DNA from: Anaerolineae bacterium
Lineage (GTDB): Bacteria; Desulfobacterota; Desulfobacteria; Desulfobacterales; ETH-SRB1
Length of the DNA: 64,000 nt
NCBI GenBank assembly: GCA_035529315.1
Contig: DATKWZ010000015.1
Coordinates: 22,955 to 86,954 of the forward strand
Reading direction: 5' to 3'
Positions within the stretch are counted from its first letter, which is position 1. Each line of letters opens with the position of its first letter. The translations under genes and the position numbers were made by a program. Under the pieces are notes generated by a model. It worked only from the letters and a program-made list of their open reading frames with translations. It ran no database searches and was not told the origin of the DNA. Positions 1 through 9,095 of this stretch are shown one piece after another.

Positions 1-1378
1 CGACACCATCGCCTGCGGTGAAAAGACCGTTAACCGTTGTCATGCGGTTATAAATCTTGCCGTTGGCGGCTTTAACCTTGTATGAATCCGGCACCCAGTC
101 AAAATCCGGCCCGGAAGCCCAGAGACCGCAGCAGCCGGAATGTGACCCTAACAGATACGGCTCAGTCGGCATAAGCTCGGAATTCAGCTTTTCAGGCTCG
201 CAGTTTTGCGCACACCACAGATTGGCCTGCCCGCATGTCATATCGAGAAAGTCTTCCCATGCCTCTGACTCAAGATGTTTGAGCTCTTTCTTGTCCAGCT
301 TAGCGCCAAGCGTTGCAAGAGCTGTAACAGTGTCCATCTGAATAGGCCCGCGGCCTTCCTTCATTTCAAACAGCATTAAATGGTTTCGCAGGCATGTCGG
401 TGTAATGGCAGCTGTTCCATAAGGAGCATATTTCGCGAGCTCTGCCTTGGCCGCATCACTGGTCGTATAACTTTCCCCAAGGCCGTTGATTGCTTTAGCC
501 TTAAACAGCAGGAACCATGCGCCCACAGGACCATAACCATCCTTAAAACGGGCCGGGGTGAAACGGTTTTCCATCATGGTAAGCTCTGCGCCAACCTTCA
601 TGCACATGGTGTATGTAGAACCGGCATTCCATACAGGATACCATGCACGGCCCTTTCCTTCGCCAACGCTTCGAGGCTGATAAATATTAACAGCGCCGCC
701 GCAGGCTACCATCATGGTCTTGCACTTGATGATGTAAATCTTGTTTTCACGAACCGAAAAACCAACAGCACCTGCAATCTGGTTCTCTTTATTGGCATCA
801 AGAAGAATCTCAACAATAAAACAACGTTCTAAAATGTTTTCTTCTCCAAGAGCTAACTTGGCGGCCTCAGCAACGATCCTCTTATAGGATTCACCGTTGA
901 TCATAGCCTGCCATTTACCTGTACGAACACATTTAGCGCCTGACTTTAATGTTCCCATAGCCTGGCCCTTTTTGCCGTCAAGGGTTTTCCCTTCCGCAGA
1001 TTTCTTCCATATCGGGAGACCCCATTCCTCAAAAAGATGTACTGAATCGTCAACATGACAGCCCACATCAAAGATCAGGTCTTCACGAACAATGCCCATC
1101 AGGTCGTTACGTACCATACGGACATAGTCCTCGGGTGTATTATCGCCGATATAGGTGTTGATTGCGGACAAGCCCTGAGCAACAGCGCCGCTTCGTTCCA
1201 TGGCAGCCTTGTCGCACAGTAAAACTGTCTGGCCTTCAGACATCCATTTCTTTATTTCAAAAGCAGTTCCGCAGGCAGCCATACCGCCGCCGACGATCAG
1301 GATGTCAACTTCCCGCTCTTCAACTTCCGGATCTCTTACGGCTTTGATTTCACCCAAAGGTTTATTTGGTATTGCCAT
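1..1378 (-). CDS. aprA: Adenylylsulfate (APS) reductase alpha subunit, 5' part; gene continues beyond the left edge
   Basis: Not in the ORF track. Manual translation from ATG at 1378 (RBS GGAGG upstream) gives MAIPNKPLGEIKAVRDPEVEEREVDILIVGGGMAACGTAFE, the FAD-binding N-terminus of AprA; it lies directly downstream of aprB. Confidence 0.95.
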   Translation of the reverse strand, partial: MAIPNKPLGEIKAVRDPEVEEREVDILIVGGGMAACGTAFEIKKWMSEGQTVLLCDKAAMERSGAVAQGLSAINTYIGDNTPEDYVRMVRNDLMGIVREDLIFDVGCHVDDSVHLFEEWGLPIWKKSAEGKTLDGKKGQAMGTLKSGAKCVRTGKWQAMINGESYKRIVAEAAKLALGEENILERCFIVEILLDANKENQIAGAVGFSVRENKIYIIKCKTMMVACGGAVNIYQPRSVGEGKGRAWYPVWNAGSTYTMCMKVGAELTMMENRFTPARFKDGYGPVGAWFLLFKAKAINGLGESYTTSDAAKAELAKYAPYGTAAITPTCLRNHLMLFEMKEGRGPIQMDTVTALATLGAKLDKKELKHLESEAWEDFLDMTCGQANLWCAQNCEPEKLNSELMPTEPYLLGSHSGCCGLWASGPDFDWVPDSYKVKAANGKIYNRMTTVNGLFTAGDGV

Positions 1379-1455
1379 ATTATATCCTCCTTAAAAATAT
1401 TTTATTCATGATTAATCATTTTACTGTGGATACAGATAAACAAGATAAAGACAGT

Positions 1456-1887
1456 CTATGCTTTGGGTTTTGGAATAACATAGCCGTCAGCTTCTTCAGT
1501 ACAAAGCAGTTCACTTTCGAGATCCTTTCCCCTCATAGCCTTATAAGCATTTGCGGTTCCCTCTGGAGTAGTCCTGATGGGGAACTTGAAACGTTTGATA
1601 AGACCGTTTCTGAACTTACAGGTCCACATAACATCCTCAGTTCCCAGCATCGGCATTATGCTGCTTCCCATAGGCACAAAGTCGGAATAACCTCTAACCT
1701 CGATTGCCTGGGTAGGACAAATCTTTACGCATGAAAAACATTCCCAGCACTGATCAGGCTCCTGATTGTATGCCTTCATAGCATTAGGATCCAAAACCAT
1801 CAGATCATTAGGACAAATGTACATGCAGGCTGTTTTATCCCCGCCCTTGCAACCATCACATTTCTCTTGGATTACAAAACTTGGCAT
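1456..1887 (-). CDS. aprB: APS reductase beta subunit (2x[4Fe-4S])
   Basis: MPSFVIQEKCDGCKGGDKTACMYICPNDLM...CWECFSCVKICP and WTCKFRNGLIKRFKFPIRTTPEG are typical of AprB. Confidence 0.96.
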   Translation of the reverse strand: MPSFVIQEKCDGCKGGDKTACMYICPNDLMVLDPNAMKAYNQEPDQCWECFSCVKICPTQAIEVRGYSDFVPMGSSIMPMLGTEDVMWTCKFRNGLIKRFKFPIRTTPEGTANAYKAMRGKDLESELLCTEEADGYVIPKPKA

Positions 1888-2353
1888 TAATTATACCTCC
1901 TAATTTTGCGTTGTAAGAATTATTGTTGCGAAATTTCAGTCAATTTTTTTTAAACGTTTTTGCACCTCCCTTCAATAGCCGCTCAAAAATTAAGTCTTCA
2001 ATCAGCTTAAATTAATATTATCACATAAATTTTCTTAACAAAAAATATAAACCATCGTCAGGTTGAAAAATTATAATATGTCCTGCAAAATCAATAAGAT
2101 ATTATACATATAAATAAACAAATCTAATATCATTTAGCCTTTTGCTTGTCAAGAACTTTTGGACAAACAAAGGGCTAAATTTTGCGGTTGATTACAGCCA
2201 AAAGCCCTATAAACAATATCTGGATAGCAATGTCTGTATGAACCCTATATATGGTATTTATATTCAAAATTTTATGTTGACATACTAAATAAAAATGCTA
2301 CCTGATATTGTTTAATATTACCAAGATTTCTTAGAACAACTCATTGGATAAAA

Positions 2354-3100
2354 ATGGCAGACCAAACAACCCTTCTTTTGTTAGATGATACTTTCAGATT
2401 CTCATGTTCTGAAGCTGTTTTATGTTTTAATAAATGTTGCCAAGATCTTAATCAGTTTTTAACCCCATATGATATCCTGCGTCTTAAAAATCGACTTGGC
2501 ATCCCATCTGATCTTTTTCTGAAAAAATATACATCTGAGCACACAGGCCCTGACTCGGGGCTCCCAATTATTTCACTGAAATTTAATTATGCTTCACAAT
2601 ATAAATGTCCGTTTGTTACGCCTTCAGGATGCAGTGTTTACGAAGATAGGCCGTCATCATGCCGCACCTACCCTCTTGCCCGTATTCTTACCAGATCCAG
2701 GGAAACAGGCAATATGACCGAGCAATATATGCTGCTGAAAGAGCCTCACTGCCTTGGTTTTAATCATGGACAAACACACACTGTCCGTGAATGGATTGAA
2801 AATCAGGGCATTGCCGTATATAATAAGATGAACGATCTGCTTATGGATATCATCTGTTTGAAGAATCGTCTTATACCCGGAAGCAGTATGGACGACGAAT
2901 CCCGGCGGATTTTTAATATGGCCTGTTATAACCTTGATACATTCAAATTCCACATGTTTCAAAAAGGGATTTTAAACGATCTTAATCTTGATATAGACAC
3001 TCTGGATGCAGTGAAGACTGATGATGTTGCGCTTTTGAAACTGGGCCTGAACTGGATAAAACAGGTGCTTTTTAATAATAAATCAATGCCGTCAGCTTAG
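2354..3100 (+). CDS. YkgJ/CxxCxxCC-family cysteine-cluster protein
   Basis: FSC...CFNKCC, CPF...GCSVYEDRPSSCRTYP motif set. Confidence 0.75.
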   Translation: MADQTTLLLLDDTFRFSCSEAVLCFNKCCQDLNQFLTPYDILRLKNRLGIPSDLFLKKYTSEHTGPDSGLPIISLKFNYASQYKCPFVTPSGCSVYEDRPSSCRTYPLARILTRSRETGNMTEQYMLLKEPHCLGFNHGQTHTVREWIENQGIAVYNKMNDLLMDIICLKNRLIPGSSMDDESRRIFNMACYNLDTFKFHMFQKGILNDLNLDIDTLDAVKTDDVALLKLGLNWIKQVLFNNKSMPSA

Positions 3101-3115
3101 GCGATTTTATTAATC

Positions 3116-3174
3116 ACCACGAAGAACACGAAGGATTTTTTATTTATCTTCGCACACTTCGTGATCTTTGTGGT
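3116..3174. repeat. Imperfect hairpin built from 9-bp units (CACGAAGAA/CTTCGTGAT type)
   Basis: ACCACGAAGAACACGAAGGA...TCTTCGCACACTTCGTGATCTTTGTGGT between YkgJ and SDR genes. Confidence 0.6.
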
Positions 3175-3196
3175 AAAAATATGGAACAGATATCAT

Positions 3197-4012
3197 ATGG
3201 AACTTAATAACAAAGTAGCCATTGTTCTTGGAGCCATAAAAGGCATTGGTAAGGGGATCGGCCTTGCACTTGCAAATGAAGGGGTAAAGGTTGTCTTAAA
3301 CTATTATGACTGGGAAAACAGTCTTGATGAATTAAAGAAAGATCTTGCAAAAACAGGCACAGATCATCTGATTATAAAGACAAATCTGCTTAATACCAAT
3401 AAAATTCCAGGGTTTATCAGAAAAGCAGTGGACCATTTCGGGCGTCTGGACATTCTGATAAATAATATTGAACGCGGAGGATGGCCCATTGTCCACGGAT
3501 CGTATGTGCAAGAGCAGTGGGACATGGAAATGGCTACTACGCTTCGTGCAAAATGGTGGGTCTTTGATTCAGCCCTTCCCTATCTTAAAGCATCAGGAAA
3601 CGGGATTGTCATAAACCTTTCTTCCATTGCAGGAATTGTTGGGCGGTCGGGTCCTGCCGGTTATATATTCAACGACGGATATGCAGCGGCAAACAGGGCA
3701 GTATCACTTCTTACGGAAACATGGGCTCGAATCGGGGCGCCGCAGGTACGTGTTAATGAAATCATGCTGGGCATAGTTGAAACACGTCATGGGGATAAAA
3801 CCAGAGGCTGGGGGCTGCTTTCAGAAAAGCAAAAACAATCGCTCATTGACCACACCCTGCTTGCACGAACCGGCGCTATTGATGATGTGGTTAAGGCTGT
3901 GAAATTTATAATTAAAGATGCTTCGTTTATGACGGGAAGCATAATTAAGCTTGATGGAGGCTATACGCTTGGAAGTGAAAAGGTTATGCCTATGCCAAAA
4001 GGGGTGGTATAG
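3197..4012 (+). CDS. Short-chain dehydrogenase/reductase (atypical catalytic motif)
   Basis: GAIKGIGKGIG Rossmann motif, FGRLDILINN, NLSSIAG, FMTGSIIKLDGG. Start moved to ATG 3197 because the track's GTG at 3161 lies in the upstream repeat. Confidence 0.82.
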   Translation: MELNNKVAIVLGAIKGIGKGIGLALANEGVKVVLNYYDWENSLDELKKDLAKTGTDHLIIKTNLLNTNKIPGFIRKAVDHFGRLDILINNIERGGWPIVHGSYVQEQWDMEMATTLRAKWWVFDSALPYLKASGNGIVINLSSIAGIVGRSGPAGYIFNDGYAAANRAVSLLTETWARIGAPQVRVNEIMLGIVETRHGDKTRGWGLLSEKQKQSLIDHTLLARTGAIDDVVKAVKFIIKDASFMTGSIIKLDGGYTLGSEKVMPMPKGVV

Positions 4013-4015
4013 AAT

Positions 4016-4033
4016 TTAGGTGTTAACACCTAA
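4016..4033. repeat. Perfect 18-bp palindrome between convergent genes
   Basis: TTAGGTGTTAACACCTAA equals its own reverse complement. Confidence 0.6.
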
Positions 4034-4035
4034 CA

Positions 4036-4818
4036 CTATCTTTGAGTGATATATTTAGTTTTAATCCCCCATATGTAAAGTTTTACCCACCTGAAACCCA
4101 TCTTCATCAGTTCCACGTCATCTTTCTTGATTTTTTTAAGAATTTCCGATTTTACCTTGTATCTTTTAAGAAAGGTGCTGTTAAATACAAAATCGCGAAA
4201 CCTGTCAATATTGTATGTGGCCATAAAGGCCATTTTCCCTCTGGGGCTGTCCGGCCCTTCGCCCTGCCAGGGATCGGTCTGGAACAGACTCTTTAACTCT
4301 GCCCACAGCGAAGTCATTTTGTTATATTCAACAGCATCCTGATCTACAGACCATGCTGCTGTTGTCCATTTTTTGCTTTCATGCTGTCCCATACAGAAAT
4401 CCGGAGGCCTGAAAAAATAGACCGGCTTTGACCCTTTGTTTTTAGCATCAAACATAAGCCCCTGTTCAACAGGAAATGTGCGGCATGTATCAGGACGGTC
4501 AGGATAAACCAGGCAGCCTGATTCAGTCAAAAAGGGGCATGTCATGTCTGTATTGTCCGACATGCGAAGAAGCGCTTCCGGGAAAAAATTTGAATCCCGC
4601 AAAACAACATCTACATATTTATCAATGAATTCATCTGAAGTAATACCAAGACATTTTTTGAGCCTGATTACATCGTATGGATATAAAAAAAGATTTATAT
4701 TGCGGCAGCATTTATTAAAGCAGGAAAGCTCAGGATGGCAATGAAACGAAAAGGTATCATTATTTTCAAGCCTTTTGCCGGACAATTTATCCAAATTATC
4801 AATATCAACATATTTCAT
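4036..4818 (-). CDS. YkgJ/CxxCxxCC-family cysteine-cluster protein, paralog of 2354..3100
   Basis: FHC...CFNKCC, LYPYDVIRLKKCLG, CPF...GCLVYPDRPDTCRTFP, MATYNIDRF align by eye with the 2354 protein. Confidence 0.75.
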   Translation of the reverse strand: MKYVDIDNLDKLSGKRLENNDTFSFHCHPELSCFNKCCRNINLFLYPYDVIRLKKCLGITSDEFIDKYVDVVLRDSNFFPEALLRMSDNTDMTCPFLTESGCLVYPDRPDTCRTFPVEQGLMFDAKNKGSKPVYFFRPPDFCMGQHESKKWTTAAWSVDQDAVEYNKMTSLWAELKSLFQTDPWQGEGPDSPRGKMAFMATYNIDRFRDFVFNSTFLKRYKVKSEILKKIKKDDVELMKMGFRWVKLYIWGIKTKYITQR

Positions 4819-4936
4819 ATAGACTTTTTTGACAGGATTAACAGGATATTCAGGATTAAAACATCAAAACCTTTTTTTTGTTCACTTGAAACAAAATTTT
4901 GTTTATCCTGTCAGATTTTTTCAAAGCGCTAAAACA

Positions 4937-5086
4937 TGACGGCTTCGTAAAAAGTCTCGAAATCGTCATGCCGGACTTGATCCGGCATCCAGAACGCATT
5001 GAATTTACTGGATTCCTCCCGGACCTGATCCGGGATCTACCGGAATGACGGGAAAGAGAACTTTTTGACTTTTTACGAGTTCATCA
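4937..5086. mobile_element. 150-bp MITE-like element with ~20-bp terminal inverted repeats enclosing a REP-like palindrome
   Basis: Left TGACGGCTTCGTAAAAAGTC, right GACTTTTTACGAGTTCATCA. Inner CGTCATGCCGGACTTGATCCGGCATCCAG...CTGGATTC...CCGGAATGACG carries two nested CCGGA-N5-TCCGG hairpins. Confidence 0.75.
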
Positions 5087-5101
5087 AAATATTACCATGA
5101 T

Positions 5102-5701
5102 TTACAATATTAACATTTCCGCTACGGTCATTTTCAACTTTTGATTAATGCCTGCCGCATGTTTCAGCTTATTTTCCAGTTCAGCCATCTTTATATAAAA
5201 AGGTGTCCTGTCAAACCTGAAGTAGCTTTTTTCTCTGTTTTGTTCTGCAAAGACATCGCATCCCGGGCTATGAATTACATTTTGACCGCCCCTTTGAAGT
5301 TCGTGTGGAATGCCGTGTAATCTGCATATCATTGGACGATAATTATATAATATACACATGTCGTCAAAATTAAGTGGGCACATCAACCGCACCTTCATTC
5401 CTTTTTCGTCAGCCTCATCGGTTTTCCCACATACTTCAAGCGCCCTGTTTCTTGTTTCAATTTGCCGGTCCTGCCCAAGTGTATTGTATCCCTCTAAAAT
5501 ATAAAGGTATTCTAAAAGAGTATAATGATAAAAACGGGTGAGGCAGCAATTGTCGTGACAGCCCTGGCAATGAAATCCATAGTAACCGGCAGCCTCTTTG
5601 TATTTTTGATCCATTACCTCATAAATCACCTTTAACCTGTCTAAAAAAAGTGGGTATTTATTATATTGAGCTTTTACTTTTTTCAGCAACATAAACACCA
5701 T
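5102..5701 (-). CDS. YkgJ/CxxCxxCC-like cysteine-cluster protein (more divergent third copy)
   Basis: FHCQGCHDNCC, CPLNFDDMCILYNYRPMICRLHG. Confidence 0.68.
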   Translation of the reverse strand: MVFMLLKKVKAQYNKYPLFLDRLKVIYEVMDQKYKEAAGYYGFHCQGCHDNCCLTRFYHYTLLEYLYILEGYNTLGQDRQIETRNRALEVCGKTDEADEKGMKVRLMCPLNFDDMCILYNYRPMICRLHGIPHELQRGGQNVIHSPGCDVFAEQNREKSYFRFDRTPFYIKMAELENKLKHAAGINQKLKMTVAEMLIL

Positions 5702-5747
5702 ATACTCAAAGACTCAAAAAAAATGGTTTCGTAAAAAATCGGATTCG

Positions 5748-6803
5748 TCAGACAATAGGCATGGGGAAAAAGATTTCCTCATAAAGATTTAGAGCATATC
5801 TGTCGGTCATGCTGGCAATAAAATCGCAAACTATCCTTTCTCTGGGCTGTTCGCTGTTGTAGCAGGCTAACATTTCCATTTCTTCAAGCTTTATTTTGAG
5901 TGTTTTTTCATTTCTTAAAAAATATGTGTAAAGGTCTGTTAATATCTTCTTTGCCTTAACAAATTCATTATGGACCTGTGGTGAACGATATACGTTCTCA
6001 TAAAGGAACTCTCTTAATGTGGTCATGGCTGAAAACAGCTCATCGCTAATGAGTATGCATAACTCACCATTAACAACCTTGCTTGAATTAATAATATCCC
6101 TTATCATGGTATTGGCACGCTCTGAATGGCTCCTCCCGATAACCCTTAAACATGATTCAGGCACCTGTTTCGAGCTGATAACACCGCTGCGTATCGCATC
6201 ATCAAGATCATGGTTTAAATATGCGATTATATCGGCAACCCGTAATATTCTCCCTTCAACGGTTGAAGCACAATCTTCCGGGTCATTGGAGAGAATCGAC
6301 CCGTAACCCTTTGAATGCTTTAATATCCCGTCACGAACCTCGTAGGTCAAATTAAGACCCTTGCCGTTGTTTTCCAATACATCAACAACTCGAAGGCTCT
6401 GCTCATTGTGAGAAAAATCCTGCGAATAGATCTCTTTTAAAGCTGCTTCACCGCCATGTCCGAAAGGTGTATGCCCGAGGTCATGCCCAAGGGCGATGGC
6501 TTCGGCCAGATCTTCGTTCAACCGCATAGCCCTTGCTATTGTTCTTGAAATTTCCGCTACTTCCAGTGTATGTGTAAGGCGTGTTCTGTAATGATCGCCC
6601 AAAGGGGACAAAAAAACCTGGGTTTTGTGTTTTAACCGTCTGAAAGCATTTGAGTAAATAATGCGGTCTCTGTCCCGCTGAAAAACGGTGCGGATAGGGC
6701 AGGGTTTTTCTTTTTTCATCCTCCCCTTTGAATTGGAACTCAGGCAGCCATATGAAGGTATAAAGCTTTTTTCGCGTTTTTCAAAATCTTCCCGAATAGA
6801 CAT
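5748..6803 (-). CDS. dgt: Deoxyguanosinetriphosphate triphosphohydrolase (HD family)
   Basis: [64 protein letters not shown]. Confidence 0.92.
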   Translation of the reverse strand: MSIREDFEKREKSFIPSYGCLSSNSKGRMKKEKPCPIRTVFQRDRDRIIYSNAFRRLKHKTQVFLSPLGDHYRTRLTHTLEVAEISRTIARAMRLNEDLAEAIALGHDLGHTPFGHGGEAALKEIYSQDFSHNEQSLRVVDVLENNGKGLNLTYEVRDGILKHSKGYGSILSNDPEDCASTVEGRILRVADIIAYLNHDLDDAIRSGVISSKQVPESCLRVIGRSHSERANTMIRDIINSSKVVNGELCILISDELFSAMTTLREFLYENVYRSPQVHNEFVKAKKILTDLYTYFLRNEKTLKIKLEEMEMLACYNSEQPRERIVCDFIASMTDRYALNLYEEIFFPMPIV

Positions 6804-6980
6804 AATAATATACTTATATTAATTTTATGCGCCAAAATCAAGCCAAAGGTAACATTTTAATCTTATGTAACAAACTATCTGCAATCAAGCTCTAATTGTG
6901 ATTAAATTTAAATCATAATTATTTCTTTACGGTTATGGCGGGTCCTTTTAAAATGATCAAAAATAGATTAAACTACTTGC

Positions 6981-7112
6981 ATGGCGATCAGAAGAACCAG
7001 TCATGCGGTTTATGATACCAGATACCATTTGGTATGGGCTCCAAAATACCGTAAATTGGTATTGAGGGGAGATTTTCGTGAATTTGTTAAGCAATGTTTT
7101 CAAGAGATTGCC
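6981..7112 (+). pseudogene. tnpA: IS200/IS605-family TnpA (Y1) transposase N-terminal fragment
   Basis: RRTSHAVYDTRYHLVWAPKYRKLVL...VKQCFQEIA; similarity stops after ~44 aa, before the HUH motif and catalytic Tyr. Confidence 0.75.
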
Positions 7113-7245
7113 GTCGTGAAAGCGTTACGCAGCGGAGCGATCAACATCTCAGACACTATGCGTGAGTGGCAGCGCGAGCAAGAACTGCCCCAAGAATGTG
7201 TCTTCTGCAGATCGACATCTGATCCCAAGGTCACGGGGCGGCCCG
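7113..7245 (+). pseudogene. Frameshifted HNH endonuclease fragment joined in frame to the tnpA fragment
   Basis: REWQREQELPQECVFC (CxxC), followed in the +1 frame by HLIPRSRGGP (HNH 'DH-x-IP-x-S-x-GG' motif); visibly more GC-rich than its flanks. Confidence 0.5.
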
Positions 7246-7290
7246 AGTTTGATACTTTTGATGTCAACAAGAACAAAATTCACACACTCA

Positions 7291-8415
7291 TTAGATGCTT
7301 ATCTCCTCTTTCAGCAAACAGCATGCAATTTTATATTCAGGGGCTCCGTCTGCTTTATATTTTAAATTTTCAGGCTGTATAACCCTGTTCATTACACAAC
7401 CTTCCGGGATCTTCAGCCCAAAAAAATCATTTTCATTGATCTTGCCTGTTTTCAGCAGTTTATTGTCCTTAAAAATCATGCTGTGCAAAGGATAGTCTTC
7501 ACACAAAGGGCACCTGTATACCCTGCCGTTGGGGAATATAAAATAATTTTCTGCAACCTGGCCCGCGCATTCAAACTGTTCTTCAGGGCGCAAAAAAACT
7601 TTTGGGTATGCAACGGTTATGCCGAGATCGGCAATCTTTTCCGCTGAATCAGGAACTACGCTTAACCATTCGGATATGGGAATCCGTAGCCCCTTATCAC
7701 TGGTTTTGGCGGGTTTGCCCCTGATGCCGAGTACCTGTATGAAAAACCTTTCTATCCCAAGATCTTTAATAAGCTGGGCCATCATGTTCAGCTCATGTAT
7801 GTTTGCGCTGCTTACCGTATATATAAGGCTTGCGGCAAAACCTGCTGAAACAGCCTCTCTAATGCCGGCGATACATTGATCATACGATCCTTTGCCCCTG
7901 AGCATATCATTTGTCTGCCTGGTTGCGCCGTCAAGGCTGAAACTAAAATAATCCACCTCATTTGGCTTAACCTTTGAAAGGATATTATTAAACAGATACC
8001 CGTTTGTATCAACTGTAATGGAATTATAACCAAGCTTTTTTGCCTTTTTTATAGCAAGCCCTAAGTCCTTGTGTAATGTTGGCTCTCCGCCTAAAAATAT
8101 GATATTTGCCTTGTTGCTTTTCCTCGCAAATGCCTCCATCCATGCCTCTATGGTTGCTATCTGAAGGATATTTGTTCCGTGCTGCTCGGGATTTATATAG
8201 CAGTGCCGGCACCTAAGGTTGCAATTTGTGAGAATATGGAAAAAAATATTTACCGAATTTTTTGAAAATGAAACCGTTTTTTTCATCTGCTTTTTTTCGT
8301 CTCCTGAAATTTCAAAGTACGAGTTTCGGGACATCCTATAATCCTTGAAGGATATCTCACCAGATGTTTTAAAGTTCGTACAGCTTGCCAACTGCGCAAA
8401 CCATGATTCAGACAA
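7291..8415 (-). CDS. Radical SAM protein of unknown function (true start possibly ATG 8286)
   Basis: CNLRCRHC CxxxCxxC, FLGGEPTLH, DTNG, FSLDG; C-terminal Cys-containing region. Confidence 0.85.
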   Translation of the reverse strand: MSESWFAQLASCTNFKTSGEISFKDYRMSRNSYFEISGDEKKQMKKTVSFSKNSVNIFFHILTNCNLRCRHCYINPEQHGTNILQIATIEAWMEAFARKSNKANIIFLGGEPTLHKDLGLAIKKAKKLGYNSITVDTNGYLFNNILSKVKPNEVDYFSFSLDGATRQTNDMLRGKGSYDQCIAGIREAVSAGFAASLIYTVSSANIHELNMMAQLIKDLGIERFFIQVLGIRGKPAKTSDKGLRIPISEWLSVVPDSAEKIADLGITVAYPKVFLRPEEQFECAGQVAENYFIFPNGRVYRCPLCEDYPLHSMIFKDNKLLKTGKINENDFFGLKIPEGCVMNRVIQPENLKYKADGAPEYKIACCLLKEEISI

Positions 8416-8705
8416 TTCTCATGCAGGTAGGTTTGCATATCACAAATTTTAAAGAGTTTCAATTTGTTATCTGAAGGGCGGTTTTTATTCTTTCGTCAAT
8501 TTGAAGGATTCAGGATATTTTTCACACATTAAAACGTTGTGGTGGCGAAGGCCGGGTTACAGTATAGTACGCTGACAATAATTTTACCTGACAGGACAAA
8601 TTGTTTAGATAATATCCCCTCTATATGAAAAAAATTAAGGATAGGATATTAGATTTGAATTTGTCGGCTAAGCGTTCTGCTTTTCTTCGGGGAACGGGTT
8701 TTTTG

Positions 8706-8780
8706 TGGTGATCCCAAGGGGAATTGAACCCCTGTTGCCGGCGTGAGAGGCCGATGTCCTAACCGCTAGACGATGGGACC
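8706..8780 (-). tRNA. tRNA-Glu (anticodon CTC)
   Basis: GGTCCCATCGTCTAGCGGTTAGGACATCGGCCTCTCACGCCGGCAACAGGGGTTCAATTCCCCTTGGGATCACCA: 75 nt cloverleaf, loop CT-CTC-AC, encoded CCA. Confidence 0.95.
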
Positions 8781-8870
8781 ATTTATTGAAGTGTCTCTTT
8801 GTGGTGATAAGTATTGAACTTAGACAATTTTGTCAAATATTATTTAAAAAGCATTTCCCAAAGATCTCTT

Positions 8871-9095
8871 TTATAGAATACCGGGTGTTTCCGACTTTTT
8901 CCCTTTTCTAAATCCAAAGATAAGATAGATAATAAAGCCGATAAAAGGGATGAATGCTATAACTCCCCAGAGAGCCTTCTTTTTTACAGAGCCGAAATCT
9001 TTCAGTGCGACATCGACAATTGCCCACATGGTCATTAAAAAAAAAGGTATGCTTATTCCAATGAATGCAATGGTTGTTTTCAAAACAGGTTTCAA
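8871..9095 (-). CDS. Small membrane protein, PLDc_N-like
   Basis: Two hydrophobic helices with K(ALW)xxIAFIPFIGFIIYLIFG pattern. Confidence 0.6.
   Translation of the reverse strand: MKPVLKTTIAFIGISIPFFLMTMWAIVDVALKDFGSVKKKALWGVIAFIPFIGFIIYLIFGFRKGKKSETPGIL

Noticed and set aside
57-1394. Plus-strand ORFs 57..341, 380..832, 1162..1347, 1200..1394
   Set aside because: Antisense shadows of aprA, which the ORF track missed because its stop lies outside the window.
1888-2353. Rex operator upstream of aprB (TTGCGAAATTTCAGTCAA) and TTGTCAA-N8-TGGACAA palindrome
   Set aside because: Too many mismatches to TTGTGAA-N4-TTCACAA; such matches are expected by chance in very AT-rich DNA.
6981-7382. Intact IS200 transposase or IscB/TnpB system
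   Set aside because: Only 44 codons resemble TnpA, with no HUH or catalytic Tyr, no RuvC motifs and no recognisable end hairpins; kept only as a relic.
8415-8780. Integrative element at tRNA-Glu
   Set aside because: No integrase and no duplicated tRNA 3' end found downstream; flanking genes look chromosomal.
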